A DNA stretch of 64,000 nt. Source: Opitutus sp. GAS368. Lineage in GTDB: Bacteria > Verrucomicrobiota > Verrucomicrobiia > Opitutales > Opitutaceae. The notes beneath the pieces were generated by a model, which searched no databases, was not told the DNA's origin, and saw only the letters and a list, made by a program, of their open reading frames with translations. Positions 8,423-18,321 of this stretch are shown piece after piece (positions within the stretch are counted from its first letter, which is position 1; every line of letters begins with the position of its first letter). The stretch spans positions 5,915 through 69,914 of the forward strand of contig CAMDOO010000005.1 in the NCBI GenBank assembly GCA_945903545.1, read 5' to 3'. The translations under genes were made by a program, and so were the position numbers.

Positions 8423-10012
8423 TCATAGCTGCACGAACTTCGCCAGCTTGATGGCGGCATGGCCCTTGATCTCGGCGCGGGCGGCGTCGCCCGGCTCCTG
8501 GTCGACGCGGACCACCATGTAGGCGGTGCCGCCCGGCGCGAGCCGGCTGAGGGACATGTCGGCGATGTTCACGCCGTTCTTGCCGAGAATGGTGCCGATG
8601 GTGCCGACCATGCCCGGCTGGTCGACGTTCTCGAGCACGAGCAGCTTGCCCTCGGCGGCGACCTCGACCTCGCGGCCGTTGATGCCGACGACGCGGGGTT
8701 GGTTGCCCTTGCCGATGAGCGTGCCCTGGGCCGAGTGGACCGAACCGTCGGCGGCGACCGCCTCGACGCGCATCAGCTCGGTGTAGCCGGAATCATCCGT
8801 CGACTTGACGACCTCGGCGCGGACGCCGAGGCGCTCGAGAGTAGAGGGAGCACTGACGAAGTTGACCGACTCGCCGCTGATGCGGCGGAGGAAACCGCGC
8901 TGGATCGCCCGGGTGACGGCGTTCACGTCGAGGTCGACGATCTTGCCCCAATAGGTGATGCGGAGCGTCGCGATCTGCTGCGGCGCGATCTGCTGCACGA
9001 GGGTGCCGAGCTTGGCGCCAAGGTCGATGTAGGGCCCGAGGACCTTGACGGCATTGGCGTCCATCGAGGGCATGTTGACGGCATTGCGGATCACGCCGCC
9101 GTTGAGCACGTCGGCGATCTGCTCGGCGACCTCGATGCCGACGGTCTCCTGCGCCTCGGCGGTCGAGGCGGCGATGTGCGGCGTGAGGACGACGTTGGGC
9201 AGCGAACGGAGCTCGCTGTCCTTGGCGAGGGGCTCCTCTTCGTAAACGTCCAATCCGGCGGCGGCGACGTGGCCCGACTTCAAGGCGGCAATGAGCGCGC
9301 TTTCCTTGATGATGCCGCCACGGGCGCAGTTGAAGAGGCGGACGCCCTTCTTGCACTTCGCGATGGCGGCCTCGTCGATCATGTTGAGCGTGTCGTCGGT
9401 CAAGGGCATGTGCACCGTGATGTAGTCCGACTGCTTCAGCAGCTCCTCGAGCGTGGCGACCTCGACCTGCATGGCCTTGGCGCGGCTGGGCGAGAGATAG
9501 GGATCGAAGGCCAGGACGCGCATGCCGAAGGCTTGGGCGCGCTTGGCGACCTCACCGCCGATGCGGCCGAGGCCGACGACGCCGAGGGTCTTCTTGAACA
9601 GCTCGATGCCGCTCAAGGTCTTCCGGTCCCAATTGCCGGCCTTCATCGAGGCCGCAGCCTGCGCGATGGGCCGGGCGCCGCAGAGGATGTGGGTGAAGGT
9701 CAGCTCGGCCGTGGAGATGGTGTTGCCCGCCGGGGTGTTCATCACGACCACGCCGCGCTCGGTGGCGGCGTCGACATCGACATTGTCCACGCCCACGCCG
9801 GCCCGGCCGACGACCTTCAGGAGGGGGGCCGCGGCGAACACGGCGGCGGTGATCTTCGTCTCCGAACGGACGGCGATGGCGTGCACGTCCTTGACCAGTT
9901 CCAGGATCTTCTCCGGGGAAGAGCCATAAGCCTCAATGACTTCAAAGCCCGGCTGCTGGCGCAGGTAGGCTACTCCCTTGGGTGAGATCTTGTCGGCGAC
10001 GAGGACTTTCAT
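8423..10012 (-). CDS. serA: D-3-phosphoglycerate dehydrogenase
   Basis: 529 aa. 'MKVLVADKISPKG', NAD site 'GVVGLGRIGGEVAKRA', 'NCARGGIIKE', and C-terminal ASB/ACT regions. Confidence 0.95.
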   Translation of the reverse strand: MKVLVADKISPKGVAYLRQQPGFEVIEAYGSSPEKILELVKDVHAIAVRSETKITAAVFAAAPLLKVVGRAGVGVDNVDVDAATERGVVVMNTPAGNTISTAELTFTHILCGARPIAQAAASMKAGNWDRKTLSGIELFKKTLGVVGLGRIGGEVAKRAQAFGMRVLAFDPYLSPSRAKAMQVEVATLEELLKQSDYITVHMPLTDDTLNMIDEAAIAKCKKGVRLFNCARGGIIKESALIAALKSGHVAAAGLDVYEEEPLAKDSELRSLPNVVLTPHIAASTAEAQETVGIEVAEQIADVLNGGVIRNAVNMPSMDANAVKVLGPYIDLGAKLGTLVQQIAPQQIATLRITYWGKIVDLDVNAVTRAIQRGFLRRISGESVNFVSAPSTLERLGVRAEVVKSTDDSGYTELMRVEAVAADGSVHSAQGTLIGKGNQPRVVGINGREVEVAAEGKLLVLENVDQPGMVGTIGTILGKNGVNIADMSLSRLAPGGTAYMVVRVDQEPGDAARAEIKGHAAIKLAKFVQL

Positions 10013-10102
10013 TGGGAAAAATGCCCCCGAGGGAAAAGCCCCCCCGCCCGCCTAGCAAGGAAAACGTGTGTCAGGAGCCCCGCAGACGTGGACTTGTCCG
10101 AT

Positions 10103-10165
10103 TGTAGGCGGGGTGACCTCACCCCGCTGGATCGATCTCCGGGGGTGAGGTCACCCCCGGCTACA
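10103..10165. repeat. TGTAG...CTACA REP-like palindrome
   Basis: TGTAGGCGGGGTGACCTCACCC ... GGGTGAGGTCACCCCCGGCTACA. Confidence 0.8.
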
Positions 10166-10335
10166 AGATGGCGGCCAGGAATCCTGTAAACCGCGCGACG
10201 AAGAACGCCGGCGCGAACTGCGGGCAAACCCGCAACCAACCCGACGGCCAGCCGTCATTCCTGCAGATCCAACCGGTAACGATTCGATCACGGCCCGGGG
10301 CTTGTGTTCGCCCCTCCACCACCTACTTTTTCCCA

Positions 10336-11247
10336 ATGCTCTCCGACCGGCCCTACATGCGAGACACGGACTACCCGCGCAATCGGACGTCCGTCCTTGT
10401 TTGGCTGATCGCCTCGATCCTCGCCGTCTTCGTCCTGCAGGTGCTTTTCATCGCCCTGCCGCTCGGCGACCGCCGGATGGTTGTCAGCCTTTTCGGCCTG
10501 ACCGCCGACAGCCTGCGTTCCGGCGAAGTCTGGCGTCTGCTCACCTACAGCTTTGTCCACTCGGACAGCCTGCTCCACGTCGCCGGCAATCTCCTCGGCC
10601 TCTATTTCATCGGGCGCGAGGTGCTCCCGCTCGTTGGCCCGCGGCGCTTTCTCTCGCTTTACGCCACGGCGGTCGTCTGCGGCGCCCTCGCTTGGGCGGC
10701 CTCCAACTGGAACCACGGCGGACTCCTCCTCGGCGCCTCGGCCGGGGTCATGGGCCTGATGGTCGTCTTCGCCTGTTTTTATCCGCACCGGCCGATTACC
10801 CTGCTGGTCTTTTTCGTCCTCCCCGTGACGGTGAAGCCCAAGTACCTCGCGCTGGGTCTCGCCGCTTTCGACCTCTTCGGTTATTTCCTCTACGAGTTCC
10901 CCCATTCCGGCGCCACGCTGGGCATCGCCCATTCCAGCCACCTCGGGGGCATGGCCGCAGGCTGGCTCTTCTACCGCATCGTAATCCAGGACCGCTGGTT
11001 CCAGCACGGCTCCGGGGTCCAGATGGAACTGCCCGCCTGGCTCAAGCGCACCCGCAAGGCTGCGGTCGCCCCCGCCTACAAGGTCAATCTCACACCGGCC
11101 CTGCCCAAGACCACCGCTTCCGCCGCCGACCTCCGCGCCGAGGTCGACCGCATCCTCGACAAGATCAACAGCCAGGGCTTCGGCGCCCTCACCGCCGAGG
11201 AAAAACGCCGCCTCGACGAGGCCCGCGATCTGCTCAGCCGGCGCTAA
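10336..11247 (+). CDS. rhomboid-family intramembrane serine protease
   Basis: ORF 10168..11247(+), start set to ATG 10336. 'WRLLTYSFVHSDSLLHVAGNLL', catalytic 'GASAGVMGL' and 'AHSSHLGGMAAGW'. Confidence 0.8.
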   Translation: MLSDRPYMRDTDYPRNRTSVLVWLIASILAVFVLQVLFIALPLGDRRMVVSLFGLTADSLRSGEVWRLLTYSFVHSDSLLHVAGNLLGLYFIGREVLPLVGPRRFLSLYATAVVCGALAWAASNWNHGGLLLGASAGVMGLMVVFACFYPHRPITLLVFFVLPVTVKPKYLALGLAAFDLFGYFLYEFPHSGATLGIAHSSHLGGMAAGWLFYRIVIQDRWFQHGSGVQMELPAWLKRTRKAAVAPAYKVNLTPALPKTTASAADLRAEVDRILDKINSQGFGALTAEEKRRLDEARDLLSRR

Positions 11248-11310
11248 GGAACCTGCGCTGATTTTCCCGTTCGAATTCCTCGCGACCCCGCCTCCTCTCA
11301 CCCACCAGCC

Positions 11311-13953
11311 ATGTCTTTCCCCCTCCCCGCCCGCGGCACCAAGCAACTCCCAACCTGGCTGCTCCTCGCCGGCGCGCTGATTGCGATCCCCGCCGCGATC
11401 TGGGCCGCCGCGGCGCCCGCGGCTCCGACACCCTCCGCGGCCCCCCAGGCCCAGGTCCCGGTCACGCGGCCCGACACCACTCTCCTCACCAACAAGGCCC
11501 CGGCCCTGGTGGGAACGACCCTCCCGACCGAAGGCAAGCGGTTCACCGCTTCCCGCACGCTATCGCTCGAAGCCGGAGTGCTGATCAACAATCTCGAGAG
11601 CTTTCACTACAATCGCGGCGCGGTGAAGTCCGCCGACTACGCCCAGGTCATTCCCAACTACATGGGCGACGGCATGGGCGGCCTGGATCGGCAGCACTTG
11701 TTTTTCCTCGCAAGCGACCGGACCAAGTTCATGGCCGATTACGCGAGCACCCTGTACGCCAACGTCAGCCGCGTCGGCAACCTGAACCCCGCCTTCGAGA
11801 TCTTCTACGTGTACCGCCAGCGGCTCGCCGATCGCATCGCCTGGATCAACGAGGCCCTCAAGGGCGACTTCAATTTCGACTCCACCGAGGTCTACGTGAC
11901 CGACCGCACCGAGTCCAAGACGCCCTGGCCCGCCAACGCCGCCGACGCCGACGCGCTCTGGAAACTCCGGCTCAAGTTCGAGCTGCTGGATGAGGTGCTC
12001 GCAGCCAAGAAGGAGACGACCATCGCGTCCGCCACCAGCAATCCGCCCGCCGCGGCCGAGGCCGGCGCCAGGTCCACCGCCCGCACCGACCTGCTCAATA
12101 GCACGTCCGGCCCGGTGAACCGCCCCATGCCGGCCCCCAATCCGGCCACCACGGGTGGCGGCTCCATGACGGTCATCAACCGCGAGTTCATCGACGCGGC
12201 CGGCATCACGGACCTCAACGCGGCCGCAGCGTTCGGGGCCGGCGTGATCAACCCACAGAACCTGTCAGTCCTCCCCCCTGCCCCCGCCAAGTCCCCCCTC
12301 GAACAGGCCAAGGAAACCATCCGCAAGCGCTACGACCGCCAGATGAAAACCGTGGACGAGTACGACTCCGAGGATGTCGCCGAGCGTTTCCTCAACACCA
12401 TTGCCGAGCTCTACGACCCCCATTCCTCCTACCAGAGCGCCAGCTCGTTCGACGATTTCAACATCCAGATGCGCCTCGAGCTCGTCGGCATCGGAGCCGT
12501 CCTCGAGCTCTCCAAGGATGGCGACTATTGCACCGTCAAGGAGGTCGTCCCGGGCGGCCCCGCTTCGCTCGACGCCCGCCTCCGCGAGGGCGACCGGATC
12601 GTCGGCGTCGCCCAGGGCGACAAGGAGCCTGTCGAGGTCATCGGCTGGAGCCTGACGAAGATCGTCCGCCTGATCCGCGGCGACAAGGACACCAAGGTCC
12701 GCCTCAGCATCTGGCCCGCCGGCGCCACCGACACCTCGGTCCGCCGCGAGTACGTCATCACCCGCGACAAGGTTAAGCTCAACTCCACCCGCGCCCACGG
12801 CGCCATCTTCGACGTCCCGGGACCCAACGGCACCACCGTTCCCTTCGGCGTGATCAGCCTGCCGCTCTTCTACGGCGGCGCGGACGACGACGACAAGCGC
12901 ACCGCCTCCACCGACGTGAAGGAGCTCATCGACCAGATGAAGAAGGCCGGAATCAAGGGCCTCGCCCTCGACCTGCGCCGCAACGGCGGCGGCCTGCTCA
13001 ACGAGGCGGTCAACCTGACCGGCTTGTTCATTCGCCGCGGCCCGGTCGTGCAGGTGAAAAGCTATGATGGCGAGGTCGACCTGGGCATCGATCGCGACAC
13101 CTCCGTCGCCTACGACGGCCCGCTCGCCGTGGTCGTGGACCGTTTCAGCGCCTCCGCCTCCGAGATCGTGGCCGGCGCCCTGCAGAACTATGGCCGCGCC
13201 GTGATCATCGGCGACAGCTCGACCCACGGCAAGGGCACCGTCCAGACCGTGCAGCCGTTCAACAGCCTGCCCTCCCTGCGCGCCTCCCGCGAGAAGCTCG
13301 GCGCCATCAAGCTCACGATCCAGAAATTCTACCTCCCGAACGGTTCCTCCACCCAGCTCAAGGGCGTGGTGCCCGACATCGTCCTGCCCTCCGCGGACGA
13401 GTACATCCCGAACATCGGCGAGCGCGACCTCGAGCGGGCGCTGGCTTGGGACGAAATCCCGTCCGCGGTCTTCGACGGCAGGGCGCTCGACACCGCCACG
13501 CTCTCCCCCCTCCGCACCGCCAGCGTGCAGCGCCAGCAATCGCTGGATGAATTCAGCTACCTCCGCACCAACATCGAGCGGTTCAAGATGCGCATGGAGG
13601 AGACCAAGGTGGTCTCCCTCAACCTGAAGCAGCGCGAGGACCAGAAGGCCGCCGACAAGGCTTTCAACGACAAGGCGAAGGCCGAGCGCGAGCGCCTCGC
13701 CAAGAACGACTTCCCCTACCGCGAGTTCTGGCTCGGCGAAAAGCCGGTACCCAAGGCCAAGCCCGCCACGGACGATGCCGAGGACGGCGAGGAACCGGAT
13801 GACGGCGCCGCCTACGCCAAGGTCGACATCCCCCTGCGCGCGACCTTCCGCATCCTGACTGATTATATGAACCAGCCCGCCGCCGCGCAGACGCGTACCA
13901 CCGGCGCTCCGACCACTGCCACGCCCGCACCGGTCGCCGGCGGCCGAGGCTGA
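11311..13953 (+). CDS. S41-family carboxy-terminal processing (tail-specific) protease
   Basis: 880 aa. N-terminal signal/anchor, PDZ-like 'VKEVVPGGPASLDARLREGDRIVGV', and catalytic region 'LALDLRRNGGGLLNEAV..VDRFSASASEIVAGALQNYGRAVIIGDSSTHGKGTVQ'. Confidence 0.85.
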   Translation: MSFPLPARGTKQLPTWLLLAGALIAIPAAIWAAAAPAAPTPSAAPQAQVPVTRPDTTLLTNKAPALVGTTLPTEGKRFTASRTLSLEAGVLINNLESFHYNRGAVKSADYAQVIPNYMGDGMGGLDRQHLFFLASDRTKFMADYASTLYANVSRVGNLNPAFEIFYVYRQRLADRIAWINEALKGDFNFDSTEVYVTDRTESKTPWPANAADADALWKLRLKFELLDEVLAAKKETTIASATSNPPAAAEAGARSTARTDLLNSTSGPVNRPMPAPNPATTGGGSMTVINREFIDAAGITDLNAAAAFGAGVINPQNLSVLPPAPAKSPLEQAKETIRKRYDRQMKTVDEYDSEDVAERFLNTIAELYDPHSSYQSASSFDDFNIQMRLELVGIGAVLELSKDGDYCTVKEVVPGGPASLDARLREGDRIVGVAQGDKEPVEVIGWSLTKIVRLIRGDKDTKVRLSIWPAGATDTSVRREYVITRDKVKLNSTRAHGAIFDVPGPNGTTVPFGVISLPLFYGGADDDDKRTASTDVKELIDQMKKAGIKGLALDLRRNGGGLLNEAVNLTGLFIRRGPVVQVKSYDGEVDLGIDRDTSVAYDGPLAVVVDRFSASASEIVAGALQNYGRAVIIGDSSTHGKGTVQTVQPFNSLPSLRASREKLGAIKLTIQKFYLPNGSSTQLKGVVPDIVLPSADEYIPNIGERDLERALAWDEIPSAVFDGRALDTATLSPLRTASVQRQQSLDEFSYLRTNIERFKMRMEETKVVSLNLKQREDQKAADKAFNDKAKAERERLAKNDFPYREFWLGEKPVPKAKPATDDAEDGEEPDDGAAYAKVDIPLRATFRILTDYMNQPAAAQTRTTGAPTTATPAPVAGGRG

Positions 13954-13998
13954 GTGGTTGGTCTGGGTCGACGACCCGGTCGCGATGATTTGATCAAA

Positions 13999-14026
13999 CG
14001 GGGCAGGAAATCCTGCCCCGTTTTTT
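13999..14026 (+). terminator. Rho-independent terminator after the S41 protease gene
   Basis: CGGGGCAGGA/TCCTGCCCCG stem followed by TTTTTT, then GTGCCCGG. Confidence 0.8.
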
Positions 14027-14057
14027 GTGCCCGGATCGAAAGTCTCGAACCCAGGAT

Positions 14058-14200
14058 GTTTTGCCACGGAGGCACAGACACGGAGGTCGGATGGTTTTGG
14101 TTCAGGAAAACCAAATCCAAAACAACGAGGCTCGGGCTCTGCTTGCCTCGGCGTAGCTCACAGAGCGAAGACGGGCGCGCTCTGTGCTCTGTGGCAAAAA
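14058..14200. repeat. CACAGAG-type hairpin element
   Basis: Arms GTTTTGCCACGGAGGCACAGACACGGAG / CTCTGTGCTCTGTGGCAAAAA. The loop shares blocks with the copy at 43095. Confidence 0.7.
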
Positions 14201-14246
14201 TCGGTTGGGAAATCATCGCGGCCGCCTTGTCGCCGCAGCCCTACCC

Positions 14247-15098
14247 TCACTCCGCCCGCGCAAACACGAACCGGTCCCGCCCGGTCAGGTCGCGCAGCGA
14301 TTCTGCCGCCGCCAAGCCCGCCTCCCGGGTCCGGACCAGCAGCCCCGCGTGCTGGCTGATCCCGGTCTCCAGCACCAGCCAGCCGCCCGACAGGAGATGA
14401 TCCTTCGCCGCCGCGATGATCCGCTCCAGGTCCTGCGCTCCGTCCGGCCCGCCGGAGGTCAGCGCCGAGACCGGCTCAAAATTCCGCACCTCGATTGCAG
14501 TCGCCGCCGTTTCCTCCGCGGAAAGATAGGGTGGGTTGGAGACGACCAGGTCGAAACGCGATCCAGCCGGCACGGCGGCAAACCAATCGGAACGGATGAA
14601 CTCCACCCGGTCCGCCAGTCCGGTCTGCACCGCATTCTCCCGGGCCAGTTCCAGCGCCGCCTCGCTGCTGTCCACCGCCACCACCACCGCCTCCGGGTAT
14701 TGCTTCGCCAGCGCGAGCGCGATCGCCCCGCTGCCGGTGCCAAGGTCAAGGATGCGCGCCGGCAGCGTGGCCAGCCGTTCCACGATGCGTTCAATCATCA
14801 GCTCCGTCTCAGGCCGCGGAATTAGCGCGCGTCGGTCGACCTTGAGCCGCAGGCCGTGGAAGTCGGTCCAGCCCGTGATGTACTGCAGCGGCTCGCCCTG
14901 GCCGCGGCGCCGCAGCAGCGGCCGGATCGACTCCAGCTCTGGCTCCGTCAGCAGGCGCTCAAACTGCACGTAAAGCTGCATCCGCTGGAGCCCGAGCGCA
15001 TGGCCGACGAGCAGCTCCGACTGCAGCCGGGGCGACTCCAAGCCCTTCCCCGCGAGGAACTCGGTGCTCTTCCGGATGATGTCGAGCAGGCTCTGCAT
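14247..15098 (-). CDS. prmC: release-factor glutamine N5-methyltransferase
   Basis: ORF 14247..15242(-), start set to ATG 15098 (MQSLLDIIRKS). 'ILDLGTGSGAIALALA' SAM motif and 'VVSNPPYL'. Lies downstream of prfA. Confidence 0.9.
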   Translation of the reverse strand: MQSLLDIIRKSTEFLAGKGLESPRLQSELLVGHALGLQRMQLYVQFERLLTEPELESIRPLLRRRGQGEPLQYITGWTDFHGLRLKVDRRALIPRPETELMIERIVERLATLPARILDLGTGSGAIALALAKQYPEAVVVAVDSSEAALELARENAVQTGLADRVEFIRSDWFAAVPAGSRFDLVVSNPPYLSAEETAATAIEVRNFEPVSALTSGGPDGAQDLERIIAAAKDHLLSGGWLVLETGISQHAGLLVRTREAGLAAAESLRDLTGRDRFVFARAE

Positions 15099-15261
15099 CG
15101 TTATAATCTTTCTCGTTCTCGGATATCCGGAAGGCTTGTCCGGACAAGGTAGGGCCCGCCGTCCCGGCGGGCCGTGAACAACCGCAAGCGCCGACGGAGC
15201 CCACGGCCCGCCCGGAGGTCGGGCCCTACCCCAATCGAGCAAACTACTGAGCCGTTGGTCC

Positions 15262-16383
15262 TCATTCGTCGTCGTTCCCTCTTTGCCGGTGGTCCGGCAG
15301 CGGCGCCCCGGTCAGGATCGCGAGCTTCTCCTCGAAATCCGCCTTCTGCAGGGCCGCGATGAGGGCGTCGAAGTCCCCCTCCATCACCTGCGGCAGGTTG
15401 TAGGTCGTGAGCCCGATCCGGTGCTCTGTCACCCGGTTCTGGAGAAAATGATAGGTGCGGATCCGCTCGCTCCGGTCCCCCGAGCCGATCTGCCCGCGCC
15501 GGGCCGCCGCGTACTTCGCGTGCTCCTCGTCCTGGCGCTGCTTCAGCAGGCGGGAGCGCAGCACGGTGAGCGCCCGGGCCTTGTTCTTGATCTGGGAACG
15601 CTCGTCGGCACAGGTCACGATCAACCCGGTGGGCTTGTGCAAAATCTGGACGGCCGAATCGGTGGTATTGACACCCTGCCCTCCCGGTCCGCTCGCCCGG
15701 GCGACCGTGATCTCCAGATCCTGGGGGTCGATCTGCACATCGACCTCCTCCGCCTCCGGCAGCACCGCCACCGTGACCGTGGAGGTGTGGATGCGGCCGC
15801 TGGCCTCGGTCACCGGCACGCGCTTCACCCGCTGCACCCCGCTTTCGAATTTCAGCTGCCGGTATACGTCCTGGCCAGTGATGAGGAAGATGACCTCCCT
15901 AAAACCGCCGCGCTCGGACGCGCTGCTGCTCATCGGCTGGATTTTCCACCCGCGGCCCTCGGCATAGCGCTGGTAGGCCCGCGCGAGCTCCGCGGCAAAG
16001 AGTGCGGCCTCCTCGCCACCGGTTCCGGCCCGGATTTCCATCACCGTATTGCGGGAATCGGTCGGCTCGGGCGGGATCATCGCGAGCAGGATGGTCCGAT
16101 GCAGTTCGTCCCGGCGCTGCTGCAGCGCGGGCAGCTCGGCGCCCGCCAGCTCGCGCAGGTCGGCGTCAGCCGCCGGGTCCTTCATCAGGGACTGCCCCTC
16201 GGCGATCTCGCGGACCAGCTTGTCGTGCTCGCGGTATTCGGCCGCCAGCGCGACCAGCTTCTGGTGCTCGCGCGCCACCTCCGCCGCGGCCCGGGGGTTC
16301 GCGTAGAACGCAGGCGCGGCCATCTGCGCCGCGAGTTCGTCGTGACGGCGAAGAAAAGGATCAAGGGGAGGAAGTGCGTCCAT
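15262..16383 (-). CDS. prfA: peptide chain release factor 1
   Basis: ORF 15262..16455(-), start set to ATG 16383. 'RASGPGGQGVNTTDSAVQILHKPTG' (GGQ motif) and 'PVTEASGRIHTS'. Confidence 0.95.
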   Translation of the reverse strand: MDALPPLDPFLRRHDELAAQMAAPAFYANPRAAAEVAREHQKLVALAAEYREHDKLVREIAEGQSLMKDPAADADLRELAGAELPALQQRRDELHRTILLAMIPPEPTDSRNTVMEIRAGTGGEEAALFAAELARAYQRYAEGRGWKIQPMSSSASERGGFREVIFLITGQDVYRQLKFESGVQRVKRVPVTEASGRIHTSTVTVAVLPEAEEVDVQIDPQDLEITVARASGPGGQGVNTTDSAVQILHKPTGLIVTCADERSQIKNKARALTVLRSRLLKQRQDEEHAKYAAARRGQIGSGDRSERIRTYHFLQNRVTEHRIGLTTYNLPQVMEGDFDALIAALQKADFEEKLAILTGAPLPDHRQRGNDDE

Positions 16384-16490
16384 GCGGGAAAACCCGGCTG
16401 AGATTTGCGAATTGCGCGTGCCGCCGGCTGCGGCTTGGGTGGGTGCATCCGGCACCCCGGAGCCGTTGCGGCTACCGGTGCTGGTCAGAA

Positions 16491-17513
16491 ATGGCTACCA
16501 CGCTCTTCACGCAGAACATCATCGCCTGCATCTGGGACTTCGACAAGACCCTAATCCCCGAGTACATGCAGTCGCCCCTGTTCCGGCGCTACCGGATCAA
16601 CGAGGCGACCTTCTGGGCCGAGACCAATGCCCTCGCCGGCCATTACAAGAAGCGCGGCTACCACCTTTCCCCGGAGATCGCCTACCTCAATCACCTCCTC
16701 ACGTATGTGCGGTCGGGCGAGCTGGCCGGCCTGAACAACCGCATCCTGGAGGAGTGCGGCGCCGACATTAAGTTTTACCCCGGGCTGCCCGATTTCTTCG
16801 CCCGCGCCAAGGCGTTCGCCGCCGAGAAGACCGAGTACCGCAAGCACGAGATCACGCTCGAGCACTACATCGTCAGCACCGGCATCGCCCCGATGGTCCG
16901 CGGCAGCGCCATCGCCCCGCATGTCGAGGGCGTCTGGGCCTGCGAGTTCATCGAGAACCCCCTCACCCCCGGCTTCCTGAACCAAAAGGAGCTGACCCTC
17001 GACGCCACGGCGTCCATCGCCCAGATCGGCATGGTCATCGACAACACCACCAAGACCCGAGCGATCTTCGAGATCAACAAGGGCAGCAACAAGAACCCGG
17101 CCATCGACGTGAACTCGAAGATGAACGCCGAGGACCGCCGCATCCCGCTGCAGAACATGATCTACATCGCGGACGGCCCGAGCGACGTCCCCAGCTTCTC
17201 CGTCGTGAAGAGCGGCGGCGGCCGCGCCTTCGCCGTCTACAACCCGGCCAAGCCCGAGGAGTTCGCGCAGAACGACCGGCTCCAGCAGAGCGCCCGCATC
17301 CACGGCTACGGCCCCGCCGACTACACCGAGGGCTCCAGCACCTCGCAGTGGCTGCGGATGCACATCCACCAGATCTGCGACCGCATCGTGACCGACCGCG
17401 AGGCCGCCGTGGCCCTGAAGGCCTCGAAGCCGCCCCGCCATCTCAATCCGTCGCCCGAGGAGGAGGCCGCCCGCGCCGCCGCCGCGGCGCCGAAGCAGGC
17501 GAATCTGTTCTGA
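16491..17513 (+). CDS. HAD-superfamily hydrolase-like protein
   Basis: The real start is ATG 16491 (MATTLFTQNIIACIWDFDKTLIPEY; DxDxT-type motif), with a late 'IYIADGPSDVPSF' (motif IV-like). The upstream part of ORF 16002..17513 is antisense to prfA. Confidence 0.65.
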   Translation: MATTLFTQNIIACIWDFDKTLIPEYMQSPLFRRYRINEATFWAETNALAGHYKKRGYHLSPEIAYLNHLLTYVRSGELAGLNNRILEECGADIKFYPGLPDFFARAKAFAAEKTEYRKHEITLEHYIVSTGIAPMVRGSAIAPHVEGVWACEFIENPLTPGFLNQKELTLDATASIAQIGMVIDNTTKTRAIFEINKGSNKNPAIDVNSKMNAEDRRIPLQNMIYIADGPSDVPSFSVVKSGGGRAFAVYNPAKPEEFAQNDRLQQSARIHGYGPADYTEGSSTSQWLRMHIHQICDRIVTDREAAVALKASKPPRHLNPSPEEEAARAAAAAPKQANLF

Positions 17514-17690
17514 GGTAGGGCTGCCTCGACGAGGCGGCCGTGGTGATCTTCCGCGATCACCTCCGGCAGGGCGGGACGGTTGGTGCGTTCGGGCTGTAGC
17601 CGGGGTCGTTGACCCCGGTGCCGGCCTCAACGAGGCCAGCTACAGATCCGGAAATCGCCCAAAACGCACCACTACCGGCCGGGCTCCGGA

Positions 17691-18179
17691 TCACGAGGCC
17701 GCGACCTGGTAGGACATTTCCGTCGCCAGGTTATTAACCCGCTCCGCGTAGAAGCGCGCCGTCCGCGGGATCCGACCTTTCACGACGGCACTCAGGCCGG
17801 CGTTCCAAGCGAGGGCAATGTTGTAGGACGTCACTTCCAGGCCATTGCGCTTCAGGCCGGCCCGCAGCCACTCGTAGTGCGCCACGGCCACCTCGTCGGA
17901 ATAGGCCCGGATCAACGCGTCGCGGAACGGCCGCGTGGTATGCTGCGCCCAGGTGGTCTGGCGGAACTGATAGGCACCGAGTTCGCCGGCCGGCCCGGCG
18001 CGGGTCAGGTCGCGGGGATTTTCCACCAGGTGAATCGCCTGCAGGGTATCCGAGCGCGTGTCGGCCCGGGCCGTCTTACTGCCGAGAAACAGGGCGAGCG
18101 CCGACACCAGCATCAGGACGCGAAGGGCGCTGCGAGGGGACAGGATGTTTGTTTTCACGCCCCGACCGACCGGGGACAT
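17691..18179 (-). CDS. secreted lytic-transglycosylase-like protein
   Basis: 162 aa with a signal peptide. 'VENPRD..GPAGELGAYQF' resembles an SLT catalytic Glu plus G-x-x-Q block. Weak assignment. Confidence 0.5.
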   Translation of the reverse strand: MSPVGRGVKTNILSPRSALRVLMLVSALALFLGSKTARADTRSDTLQAIHLVENPRDLTRAGPAGELGAYQFRQTTWAQHTTRPFRDALIRAYSDEVAVAHYEWLRAGLKRNGLEVTSYNIALAWNAGLSAVVKGRIPRTARFYAERVNNLATEMSYQVAAS

Positions 18180-18265
18180 CGCACGGGAGTTCTGGGGCGG
18201 CCGGAACTAAAGACAGATTTACAAGGAAACACCCTCAAGCCGGCGTTTTTCACGATGCCCCGGGT

Positions 18266-18286
18266 CAAAATGGCTGCGCCATTTTG
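18266..18286. repeat. AATGGCTGCGCCATT-core hairpin (copy 1)
   Basis: CAAAATGG-CTGCG-CCATTTTG. Confidence 0.7.
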
Positions 18287-18321
18287 TTTGCTAACTGCCT
18301 GCAGGCAAAGCTCGCAGGCGG

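Noticed and set aside
16002-16490. N-terminal 163 codons of ORF 16002..17513.
   Set aside because: They lie antisense to prfA and are Arg/Pro/Ala-rich. The HAD-like protein starts convincingly at ATG 16491, with the DxDxT motif 16-20 residues in.
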